From the NCBI GenBank assembly GCA_051747805.1, contig JBNJGP010000050.1:1-18974 (forward strand): 18,974 nt of DNA. Reading direction: 5' to 3'. Position 1 is the first letter of the stretch, and the number at the start of each line of letters is the position of its first letter. This DNA is from Candidatus Muiribacteriota bacterium (GTDB lineage Bacteria; Muiribacteriota; Muiribacteriia; Muiribacteriales; Muiribacteriaceae). The notes under the pieces are model-generated. The model was not told the DNA's origin. It made no database searches and saw only the letters and a program-made list of their open reading frames with translations. The position numbers and the translations under genes were made by a program. Of this stretch, positions 1 to 7,697 are shown one piece after another.

Positions 1-134
1 AGAAGTTAGGGGCCGATAGGAGCGGTTAGAAGTGAAAAGTGAGAGGTGAGAAGTGAGCGGTGAGAGGTGAGACGATAGAAGCAGATAAGAGCCGATAGGA
101 GCCGTGAGAGGTGAGAAGTAAGAAGTGAGACGAT
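1..134 (+). repeat. Degenerate nested tandem repeat array (7-bp GTGAGAR units plus 10-bp GCCGATAGGA-like units), cut by the window start
   Basis: Heptamers at 25-73 (GTTAGAA GTGAAAA GTGAGAG GTGAGAA GTGAGCG GTGAGAG GTGAGAC) and 104-131 (GTGAGAG GTGAGAA GTAAGAA GTGAGAC). 10-mers GCCGATAGGA at 12-21 and 91-100, and GCAGATAAGA at 81-90. Same family and orientation as the array at 18754-18974. Confidence 0.95.
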
Positions 135-201
135 GAGCAAGAGATTAAAATTTATTACGAAACAAAGTTCATTGAGAATTGCTGGCTTGTGATTCAATAA
201 C

Positions 202-230
202 TTTACTATTTTTAAAAATAGTGCTATAAT
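202..230 (+). promoter_or_regulatory. Putative sigma70-type promoter upstream of the flagellin-like gene
   Basis: TTTACT (202-207), 17-bp spacer, perfect TATAAT (225-230) preceded by an extended -10 TG (222-223). Confidence 0.7.
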
Positions 231-257
231 TAAAATAGGTAAACTTAAAACAGGTTG

Positions 258-298
258 TTTATATGGATGTAAAAGTGTTTAACTTTACAGGGAGGTGA
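258..298 (+). promoter_or_regulatory. Two putative CsrA/RsmA-binding GGA hairpins in the flagellin leader, the second overlapping the Shine-Dalgarno
   Basis: TTTAT-ATGGAT-GTAAA (258-273) and TTAC-AGGGAG-GTGA (285-298): ANGGA motifs in hexaloops on short stems. SD GGAGGTGA at 291-298. Confidence 0.6.
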
Positions 299-303
299 TT
301 TAT

Positions 304-1032
304 ATGGTTGGACCATCAGGAATTTCAAATTTTAACAGCCCTCTCAGACATCTGAATCAGAAAAATAATACAATTAATAAAATTGATGAACAACTTTCTT
401 CTGGCTCAAAAATTCCCAATTTTGCATATGATGCGGCTGGAGGAGCAATTTCTGAAAAACTTAGAGCCTTATTTTTACAGTATGAAAGAGAAATTAATAA
501 TGAGGCAGATACCTATAACCGTTTGAATACTCAGGAAGGGGCTTATTCAGCTATAGGAGATAATCTGCAGAGAATTCGTGAACTTCAGGTTTCATACAAA
601 AACGATACCTTAACAGAAGAAGATAGAGAACATATTCAATTTGAAGTTGATTTACTTGCCCAGACTATTGGAAATATTTCCGAACAGGCTGAGTTTAATA
701 CCAAAAAAGTAGTGGAACCTGGCCAGGAACTCCAGAATGTAATTGATAATGGCGTTGATGCAGGTGGCGAGTTTGTTGATAAAATTATTGAGGAAGTATC
801 TACCGAAAGAAGTAATGCTGGTGCACAGATGAATAATATTGAAAAAGAAATTGATGGAAAAATGATTGCCTATGAAAATACTGTTGCCTCATATTCCACA
901 ATAGCAGATATGGATTTTGCAAAAGGCCTTGTGGAACGAGCAAATCAGGAAGTTATGCAACAGGCTGGTATAGGAAATATTAAAAATATGTTTAACATTT
1001 CCAAACAGAATGTTTTAAACTTGCTTGGATGA
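304..1032 (+). CDS. Minimal, divergent flagellin-family protein (242 aa; D0/D1 only)
   Basis: Flagellin N-terminal motifs QLSSGSKI, DAAGGAISEKLRA, LQRIRELQV, DREHIQFEV, AEFNTKK. C-terminal motifs RSNAGAQMN, ENTVASYSTIADMDFAK, NVLNLLG. ATG at 304 chosen over GTG at 295 because the SD lies at 291-298. Confidence 0.9.
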   Translation: MVGPSGISNFNSPLRHLNQKNNTINKIDEQLSSGSKIPNFAYDAAGGAISEKLRALFLQYEREINNEADTYNRLNTQEGAYSAIGDNLQRIRELQVSYKNDTLTEEDREHIQFEVDLLAQTIGNISEQAEFNTKKVVEPGQELQNVIDNGVDAGGEFVDKIIEEVSTERSNAGAQMNNIEKEIDGKMIAYENTVASYSTIADMDFAKGLVERANQEVMQQAGIGNIKNMFNISKQNVLNLLG

Positions 1033-1039
1033 GGAATTG

Positions 1040-1834
1040 ATGTACAAATTACTTGCACTTGACCTGGATGGAACTACGCTGGACTCAAATTATAATATAC
1101 CTGATGAAAACATTAAGGCCATTAAAAAGCTAATAGAAAATGAAGTTAAAGTTGTTATAATCACGGGCAGAATGTATGCAGCCGTGAAACCTGTGTTAAA
1201 AAAATTGAATTTAAAAACTCCCGTTGCCTGTTATAACGGGGCGGTAATATATGACGAAAATGGAAAGTGTATAAGCTTTACTCCACTTGAATACAGACAT
1301 CAGGAAGTTATTTCCTCTATAACAGGGTTAAAAGAAAATAATGCTGTTATTTTATTTTTTAAAGATGAAGAAGTTATTGCCCCTTTTTATGATGAAAATG
1401 TTAAAGAATACGAGGATAGGACCCATACCAAAGCGTTAATTGAACCAGAGGTATGCCGGCTGAAATTCCCATCAACAAAAATTATTTTTTCTTCATTAAA
1501 TTATGATTTTATAAATAAAATCAGAGATGATTTTTCTGAAAAACTAAAAGATAAGGTTTATATTACAAATTCCATGAAAAGATATGTGGAATTTTTAAAT
1601 ATTAAAATTTCAAAAGGTAAGGCGTTAAAAAAGATAGCCGGTATTTATAATATTGCACTTGAAGATACTGTAGTAATAGGTGATAATAATAATGATGCAG
1701 AAATGTTTTTAGATAATGTTTATAAAGTTGCTGTTGAAAATGCAACAGATAAACTAAAAGAAAAAGCTGATTTTATTACATTATCAAATAATTCAGCTGG
1801 CGTTGCCTACGCAGTTGATAAAATTTTTTTTTGA
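1040..1834 (+). CDS. Cof-type HAD-IIB family hydrolase (phosphatase), 264 aa
   Basis: Motif I DLDGTT, motif II ITGR, YNGA, motif III SKG, motif IV IGDNNND, C-terminal GVA. ATG at 1040 follows SD GAGGA (1031-1035). Confidence 0.93.
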   Translation: MYKLLALDLDGTTLDSNYNIPDENIKAIKKLIENEVKVVIITGRMYAAVKPVLKKLNLKTPVACYNGAVIYDENGKCISFTPLEYRHQEVISSITGLKENNAVILFFKDEEVIAPFYDENVKEYEDRTHTKALIEPEVCRLKFPSTKIIFSSLNYDFINKIRDDFSEKLKDKVYITNSMKRYVEFLNIKISKGKALKKIAGIYNIALEDTVVIGDNNNDAEMFLDNVYKVAVENATDKLKEKADFITLSNNSAGVAYAVDKIFF

Positions 1835-1841
1835 GGGACTT

Positions 1842-2297
1842 ATGACTACTTTAAATGAAATCGAACAAATTCTTGAAAAAGCATTTGATCAGATGAAAAA
1901 AAGATATAGAGATATGCTTGATATTTCATATTCTATTATGGAACAAAAAGAAGACTATGAAAAACTTTTATATTTAATTAATTTAAGAGGGCAGATTATT
2001 GAAAAGATAAATGAGATCCAGGCAACAATAAAACCTGTTTATGATATTTTAAAAGAAAAAACAGATGTTGAAATGAATGACATTTATGAGGGTAACTCTA
2101 AAATAAAATCCTATAGAGATAATATTAAAGAAATTATAATGGCTGTTAAAGAAATAGACGATGAAGTAGAGGCGTTTATTGCCAACAAACAAAAAGAACT
2201 CAAGACAGAAATAGTTAAAGTTAAAAAATCAAAAGATATAAATAAAAAATTCAGCTCAAACCCAAGTGAAGCTAAAATCATAGATGATCGCAAATGA
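1842..2297 (+). CDS. FlgN/FliT-like flagellar export chaperone (151 aa, all-helical)
   Basis: Helical pattern D-x-E-K-L-x2-L-I-x2-R-x2-I-I-E-K-I, basic C-terminal helix ending IIDDRK (similar to the FIDxKK tails of this chaperone group), close to a flagellin gene. ATG at 1842 follows GAGGG (1833-1837). Confidence 0.6.
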   Translation: MTTLNEIEQILEKAFDQMKKRYRDMLDISYSIMEQKEDYEKLLYLINLRGQIIEKINEIQATIKPVYDILKEKTDVEMNDIYEGNSKIKSYRDNIKEIIMAVKEIDDEVEAFIANKQKELKTEIVKVKKSKDINKKFSSNPSEAKIIDDRK

Positions 2298-4327
2298 GTA
2301 ATTTAAAAATAGGCATTTTTTATTTTCTGCTCGTGCTTTTTCTTCTTTCCGGAAGTTTAAATCCATGGATAGATAAAGGGGATGGTGGGGAGTTTATATT
2401 AACCTCCTTCTTTCTGGGGAATGCCCATCCCTCAGGATATACTCTATATAATATTATTACTAAATTATTTCATTTTCTGCCCGGAGACCCTCCACTGAAA
2501 CTATCGTTTGCATCAGCTTTTTATTCTTCGATATGCGCTCTGTTGATTTTTTTAATTATTATGGAGCTTGTAGAAAACTTTTATTTTGCTTTTGCGGGTG
2601 GATTTACAGCTGTTTTTGGAAAAACTCTTTTTGAAATGGGAACAACACAGGAAGTATATTCCTTTTTTTTAGTGTTTTTTCTGCTGGGAATTTATTTTTA
2701 TCTTAAGTTTCTTAACACGAGAGAGTATAAATATATTAAAGCGTTGTTTTTTTCATTGGGTCTCTTAACAACAATTCATGTAACCGGAGTTTTATACACC
2801 GCTCTTTTTTTTATTTTACTTTTTATATTTAAAAAACGATTTAAACTCCAATATAAATCATTTTTTATTTATGGATTATTTTTTATGCTTGCGCTGATTA
2901 TTCTTTTTTATATACCTTTACGCAATAATGCCAATTTCAGCTGGGGAAATTTAAACAGTTTTTCAAATGTTATCTCACATATATCCGGAAGCGAAAGAGG
3001 AGTACAAAGTAGAATGTTTGCAATGAGTATAAGAGAATATTTTTATCAGGTAAATATTTTTTTAAGACATATCAGGTATGAATATTTATTTTTATGGATA
3101 TTTTTTATTCCCGGTATTTATTTTCTGTATAAACTGGATTATAGATATTTAATACCCTTTATTGGAAGTTTTTTAATCTGTGCAGGATTTTATACTGGAA
3201 TTGCAAGAAATCTTGTACAGAAACAACATTTTTTTATTATTTCCTTTATTTGTCTTTTTATATTTATATGGTGTGGAATTTATTTTCTCCATAAATATTT
3301 ATTCAATAAAAAAAAGCCGTATTATCTTATAGTTTTTCCTTTACTTATGTTTATTTTTAATCAGCCAGATTTTAAACATCTTCAAATACTTGATTCATAT
3401 ATTCATAATGTGTTTACCACACTTTCAGAGTATGATTCCGGAGTTTTATTTATGCATGGGGATGAAATTACATTTTCAAGCTGGTATATGCAGAAAATAA
3501 AAGGGCAAGGGACTCATTTTAAACTCATAAATGCAGATATGCTGAACGCGCAATGGTATCGAAAAAAATATGGTAATGAAAAATCCTTAACTGATAATCA
3601 TGAAAATGTTTTTTATGATATAAAATCCCGTGATAAATTTGAGTATTTTATAAGACCTGTTGGAATATTATATCAATTAAGAAAAGATTACAGGGAACCT
3701 GAAGTTGAAATTTTTTCTGATTATTTATTAAATATGTTAAATAAGGAAATAAAAGAAGAAGAAATAGAAAGTATAAGAAAAAGATATGCAACATCATATA
3801 ATAATATAGGGCTGGCTTTTGTTAAAGAAAAAAAATATGAAAAGGCAGAAATATTTTTTGAAAATTCCCTTAAAATCAATACTGATTTTCCTGTGCTGAC
3901 TAATTTACAGAAGGCTAAACAGAGAAAACCGCCTTTTGAGAATAAGGTAGAAAAATATTTATATAAAAAAGAGTTTTCTAAAGCTTTAGAAATTCTTTAT
4001 TCAAAAGCAAATTATGAAAAAATTGCCCAGATTTATTTTAAGCTCGGCAAGTATGATAAACTTGAAAATATGGGTAATAATTTACCTGAAATGTACAGGG
4101 GATTATTATTTTTTCTCAGGGGTGATTATAAAAAGGCGGCATCTTTACTTGAAAAATATGCCTTAAATAATTCAGAAGCCGCTATATATCTTGCGCTTAG
4201 TTATGAAGCACTGCAAAAATCATATAAGGCTCAACAGGTGCTTGAAAGAGTTCTGGCAACGGATCCACAGAATCAGAAAGCCTATGAAGTATTAAAAAAC
4301 ATAAGAGGTTTTGTAAATATAAAATAA
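2294..4327 (+). CDS. DUF2723 / TMEM260-like GT-C-fold multipass membrane protein (putative protein glycosyltransferase) with C-terminal TPRs
   Basis: N-terminal GDGGEF...LGNAHPSGYTLY motif, TTQEVY, YIPLR...FSWG, and GDEITFSSWYMQ after roughly 10 hydrophobic segments. TPR-like SYNNIGLAFVKEKKYEKAEIFFENSLKIN and AAIYLALSYEALQKSYKAQQVLERVLATDPQN. ATGA overlap with the upstream gene. Confidence 0.85.
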   Translation: MSNLKIGIFYFLLVLFLLSGSLNPWIDKGDGGEFILTSFFLGNAHPSGYTLYNIITKLFHFLPGDPPLKLSFASAFYSSICALLIFLIIMELVENFYFAFAGGFTAVFGKTLFEMGTTQEVYSFFLVFFLLGIYFYLKFLNTREYKYIKALFFSLGLLTTIHVTGVLYTALFFILLFIFKKRFKLQYKSFFIYGLFFMLALIILFYIPLRNNANFSWGNLNSFSNVISHISGSERGVQSRMFAMSIREYFYQVNIFLRHIRYEYLFLWIFFIPGIYFLYKLDYRYLIPFIGSFLICAGFYTGIARNLVQKQHFFIISFICLFIFIWCGIYFLHKYLFNKKKPYYLIVFPLLMFIFNQPDFKHLQILDSYIHNVFTTLSEYDSGVLFMHGDEITFSSWYMQKIKGQGTHFKLINADMLNAQWYRKKYGNEKSLTDNHENVFYDIKSRDKFEYFIRPVGILYQLRKDYREPEVEIFSDYLLNMLNKEIKEEEIESIRKRYATSYNNIGLAFVKEKKYEKAEIFFENSLKINTDFPVLTNLQKAKQRKPPFENKVEKYLYKKEFSKALEILYSKANYEKIAQIYFKLGKYDKLENMGNNLPEMYRGLLFFLRGDYKKAASLLEKYALNNSEAAIYLALSYEALQKSYKAQQVLERVLATDPQNQKAYEVLKNIRGFVNIK

Positions 4328-4331
4328 AAAA

Positions 4332-7300
4332 ATGAATAAAAGATTTCGGACTTTTTTTAATAAATTAATAGATGAAAAAAAAATAAATAATTTGTATGGG
4401 GATAGTTATCTTTATTATATAAATTCTTTTCAGGACCCTGTCTTATGTGTGTTTAGAAATATTTCTGAAGCAGAGGAAAATTATTTAAAAATTAAAAAAA
4501 TGTTTCCCCAAAAAAAAATATTTTATTTTCCAGAATGGGATAGACTTTTTTTTGAAAATACAATTCCAGAGCATTCTATAGAGGCTGAAAGATGTAATGT
4601 TTTAAATGAAATTATTAAAAGAAGAAATGAAAGCATTATAATTTTCACCACTGTTAAATCTTTTTATTCCAGAATCTTAGACCAGAATTTATTAAAAGAT
4701 AATACACTCAGAATAAAAAAAAATTCCCCTTTTAAAAGAGAGGAAATAGTTAAAAAAATAATTCAGGCAGGTTATGAGCGTGTTGATGAAATAACAAAAC
4801 CTGGTGAGTTTGCCCTCAGAGGAGAAGTTTTTGATATTTTTATACCTGGAAAAAAACAGGGACATAGGATTGTTTCAGCTTTTGAAGAGGTAGAAAAAAT
4901 TAAAAGTATTGATTCTGCAACAGGAAACTCCCTCAAAAATGAGGAACAAGACAGTATAGAAATTATTCCTGTCAGGGAAGTTATAAACAATGTAGAATAT
5001 TTTAAAACCCCGTTTCAAGATATTCAAATAACTTTAGAAAAACTATATGATAATTATCCTTTTTTTTATAAAAAAAGTTCTTCACTCTCATCTTATTTAA
5101 AAAATGGTGTAGTAATTTTCTTTGAAAAAGAAATGATAAATAAGAAACTTAAATATATTAAGGAAGAAATAGCTTCATTTGATGAAAATTATGAAAAATT
5201 TTTAATAGATGATGAAAAAATCAATTTAAAAAAGATTTATACTTCACTTCTGAGGGACTTCAAAAATCCCAGGTCACCTCAAATTTCTTCTATACCGTTT
5301 TTTGAAAAAAAAATGTCATCAGTTGCACAGTTTATTTTAACAAAACTTGCAGCTTCTAAATCTATAGTGGTGACGTTTGAAAATAAGGCTAAATTAATTA
5401 GATTTAAAGAAATAATGAAAGATTTTTCTTTAGAAATTAGCGATGTGAATGAAGAAATTCCTGATAAATCTGGCTGTTTCGGAGCGCTTATTCCTATTTC
5501 CAGCGGGTTTGAAATCCGGGAGCTTAATCTTTTAATTATTGGTGAGGAAAATATCTGGGGGAAAAAGAAAAAAATAACTTCCCTGGTTAAAAAAAATCGA
5601 CCAAGAATAAAAAAATCAATGTTTGATATTTTTTCTGAGCTTAATGAAGGAGATTTTGCTGTTCACATAAATCATGGGATTGGAATTTATAAAGGAATTA
5701 AAAAAATCAGGTTTGGAAAAATTTACAAAGAGTTTTTTAATTTAGAGTATAAAAATGATGATGAGCTGTTTGTTCCAATTGAAAACGCTGATTTTATTCA
5801 TAAATATGTAGGTAAAGATAAACCCCAGATATATACTCTAGGGGGGAAAAAATGGAAAGGTCTTAAGAAAAAGACAAAAAAGAAAGTAAAAAGTATAGCA
5901 AAAGAACTTATGAAACTTTATGCTGACAGGTTGAATTCAAAGGGGATAAAATTTGATAATGATAATCACTGGCAGCATGAACTTGAAGCCTCTTTCGAGT
6001 TTGATGAAACTCCAGATCAAATTAAAGTTATTTCAGAAGTTAAAGAAGATATGCAAAAAATTATTCCAATGGATAGACTAATTTGCGGAGATGTAGGTTA
6101 TGGGAAAACTGAAATAGCGTTAAGAGCGGCTTTTAAAGCGGTGATGAGCAGCAGGCAGGTAGCAATACTGGCACCAACAACAATTCTGGTACAACAGCAT
6201 TTTAATACATTTAAGGAAAGATTTAAAATGTTTCCTGTGGAAGTTGAATCTGTTTCAAGAATGAAAACAGCCTCACAGATAAAAGAAGTTTTTGATAAAA
6301 CAGCAGAAGGTAAGGTAGATGTTGTTATTGGAACCCATAAACTTCTATCTAAAAAAGTTGTATGGAATAATCTTGGACTTCTTATTGTGGATGAAGAACA
6401 GAGGTTTGGAGTTACGCATAAGGAAAAAATCAAAAAATTCAAAACAAATATAGATGTTTTAACTATGACCGCCACACCAATACCAAGAACTTTAAATATG
6501 TCCTTAAATGGTATCAGAGATATCTCTATACTGGAAACTGCACCAGAAAATCGTCAGAGTGTAAAAACCTTTGTTTTACCTTTTTCAAAACAGCTTTTAA
6601 AAGAGGCAATTTTGCGGGAGCATGGAAGAGGAGGGCAGGTTTATTTTCTGCATAATAAGGTATCAACCATAAATATTGTAAAAAGACAGTTGAAAGAAAT
6701 GATGCCTGAATTAAATTTTGAAATTAGTCATGGCCAAATGGAAAGAAAAAAGCTTAATGAAATAATGAGGGACTTTATAGAAAAAAAAATAGATGTACTT
6801 ATTACAACAACTATAATTGAATCTGGTATAGATATTCCAAATGTCAACACAATTATTATACAGAATTCTCATAGATTCGGGCTGTCACAATTATATCAGC
6901 TGAAAGGCAGGGTTGGAAGAAGCGAAAGGCAGGCTTACGCTTATTTATTTTATCCAGAGAGTGAAAGTCTAACAGAAAATGCATATCAACGTTTGAAAAC
7001 TCTAAGAGAACATACTGAACTTGGTTCAGGATTTAAAATTTCCATGAAAGATCTTGAAATACGAGGTTCTGGAGATGTTTTCGGGGGAAAGCAGCATGGT
7101 TTTATGGACGAGGTTGGCTTTGAAATGTACTGTAAGATTTTAAAAGAGGTAATTTCGGAAGAAAGAGGAGATTCGCATGAGGAATTCCTTCAAATAAAAT
7201 TTGGGTTACCGGTTAATGCATATATTCCGGATAATTTTATTGATGAATTAAGACTTAAAATTGAAATTTATAAAAAAGTTGCCTCTTGTGATTCAACAGA

Positions 7301-7643
7301 AAATATAAGTATGCTCATGGACGAAATGAGAGATAGATTTGGCAGACTTCCTCAGGAAGTAATAAATCTTATAAAAATTCAGAAGCTTAAAATATCTGGA
7401 AGAAAAGTTCTTTTAAAAGAAATCAGTCAGTACGACAGTAATAATATACAAATAAAATTTTATAAACTTGATTTCACAGAAAAAGGACTTAATAAATTTT
7501 TTAAAGAGTTTGGTAAATATATTAATTTACAAATTAATCTGAAAAATTCAATTATTATAAAAATAAATTCTTCAGATTCACAGGTGATATTCGGGTTGCT
7601 TGAAAAGATTTTACAATTTATAAAATTTTGTGTTAATATATAA
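4332..7643 (+). CDS. mfd: Transcription-repair coupling factor Mfd
   Basis: UvrB-homology region (GYERVDEITKPGEFALRGEVFDIF), RNAP-interaction domain (GDFAVHINHGIGIYKG), Walker A GDVGYGKT, DEEQRFG, TATPIPRTL, QLKGRVGRS, TRG motif DLEIRGSG, C-terminal TRCF domain. 1103 aa. Confidence 0.98.
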   Translation: MNKRFRTFFNKLIDEKKINNLYGDSYLYYINSFQDPVLCVFRNISEAEENYLKIKKMFPQKKIFYFPEWDRLFFENTIPEHSIEAERCNVLNEIIKRRNESIIIFTTVKSFYSRILDQNLLKDNTLRIKKNSPFKREEIVKKIIQAGYERVDEITKPGEFALRGEVFDIFIPGKKQGHRIVSAFEEVEKIKSIDSATGNSLKNEEQDSIEIIPVREVINNVEYFKTPFQDIQITLEKLYDNYPFFYKKSSSLSSYLKNGVVIFFEKEMINKKLKYIKEEIASFDENYEKFLIDDEKINLKKIYTSLLRDFKNPRSPQISSIPFFEKKMSSVAQFILTKLAASKSIVVTFENKAKLIRFKEIMKDFSLEISDVNEEIPDKSGCFGALIPISSGFEIRELNLLIIGEENIWGKKKKITSLVKKNRPRIKKSMFDIFSELNEGDFAVHINHGIGIYKGIKKIRFGKIYKEFFNLEYKNDDELFVPIENADFIHKYVGKDKPQIYTLGGKKWKGLKKKTKKKVKSIAKELMKLYADRLNSKGIKFDNDNHWQHELEASFEFDETPDQIKVISEVKEDMQKIIPMDRLICGDVGYGKTEIALRAAFKAVMSSRQVAILAPTTILVQQHFNTFKERFKMFPVEVESVSRMKTASQIKEVFDKTAEGKVDVVIGTHKLLSKKVVWNNLGLLIVDEEQRFGVTHKEKIKKFKTNIDVLTMTATPIPRTLNMSLNGIRDISILETAPENRQSVKTFVLPFSKQLLKEAILREHGRGGQVYFLHNKVSTINIVKRQLKEMMPELNFEISHGQMERKKLNEIMRDFIEKKIDVLITTTIIESGIDIPNVNTIIIQNSHRFGLSQLYQLKGRVGRSERQAYAYLFYPESESLTENAYQRLKTLREHTELGSGFKISMKDLEIRGSGDVFGGKQHGFMDEVGFEMYCKILKEVISEERGDSHEEFLQIKFGLPVNAYIPDNFIDELRLKIEIYKKVASCDSTENISMLMDEMRDRFGRLPQEVINLIKIQKLKISGRKVLLKEISQYDSNNIQIKFYKLDFTEKGLNKFFKEFGKYINLQINLKNSIIIKINSSDSQVIFGLLEKILQFIKFCVNI
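7610..7639 (+). promoter_or_regulatory. Possible internal sigma70-type promoter in the mfd 3' end, driving the PPIase gene
   Basis: TTTACA (7610-7615), 18-bp spacer, TAATAT (7634-7639) with an extended -10 TG (7631-7632), upstream of a 54-bp intergenic gap. The AT-rich background lowers specificity. Confidence 0.4.
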
Positions 7644-7697
7644 AATCTTTACAGATAATTTGAAATTAAAAAATCAATAAACGGGGGTTAAGAGTAA

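Noticed and set aside
12..98. GCCGATAG (12-19, 91-98) as sigma28 -10 boxes for the flagellin gene
   Set aside because: They are subunits of the repeat. The copy at 91-98 has no TAAA at the correct spacing, the -35 of the copy at 12-19 would fall outside the window, and both lie more than 200 bp from the start codon.
6..197. 63-aa - strand ORF with LTSH(L/F)S periodicity
   Set aside because: It is the translation of the heptamer array, whose pyrimidine-rich strand is nearly stop-free. It has a non-ATG start and no SD.
1803..1841. T9 tract (1824-1832) where loss of one T would fuse the HAD and FlgN-like ORFs, and the longer 1803 start
   Set aside because: A/T runs of 8-9 are common in this AT-rich window. 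The HAD ends at the normal family position, and the downstream gene has its own SD and ATG at 1842.
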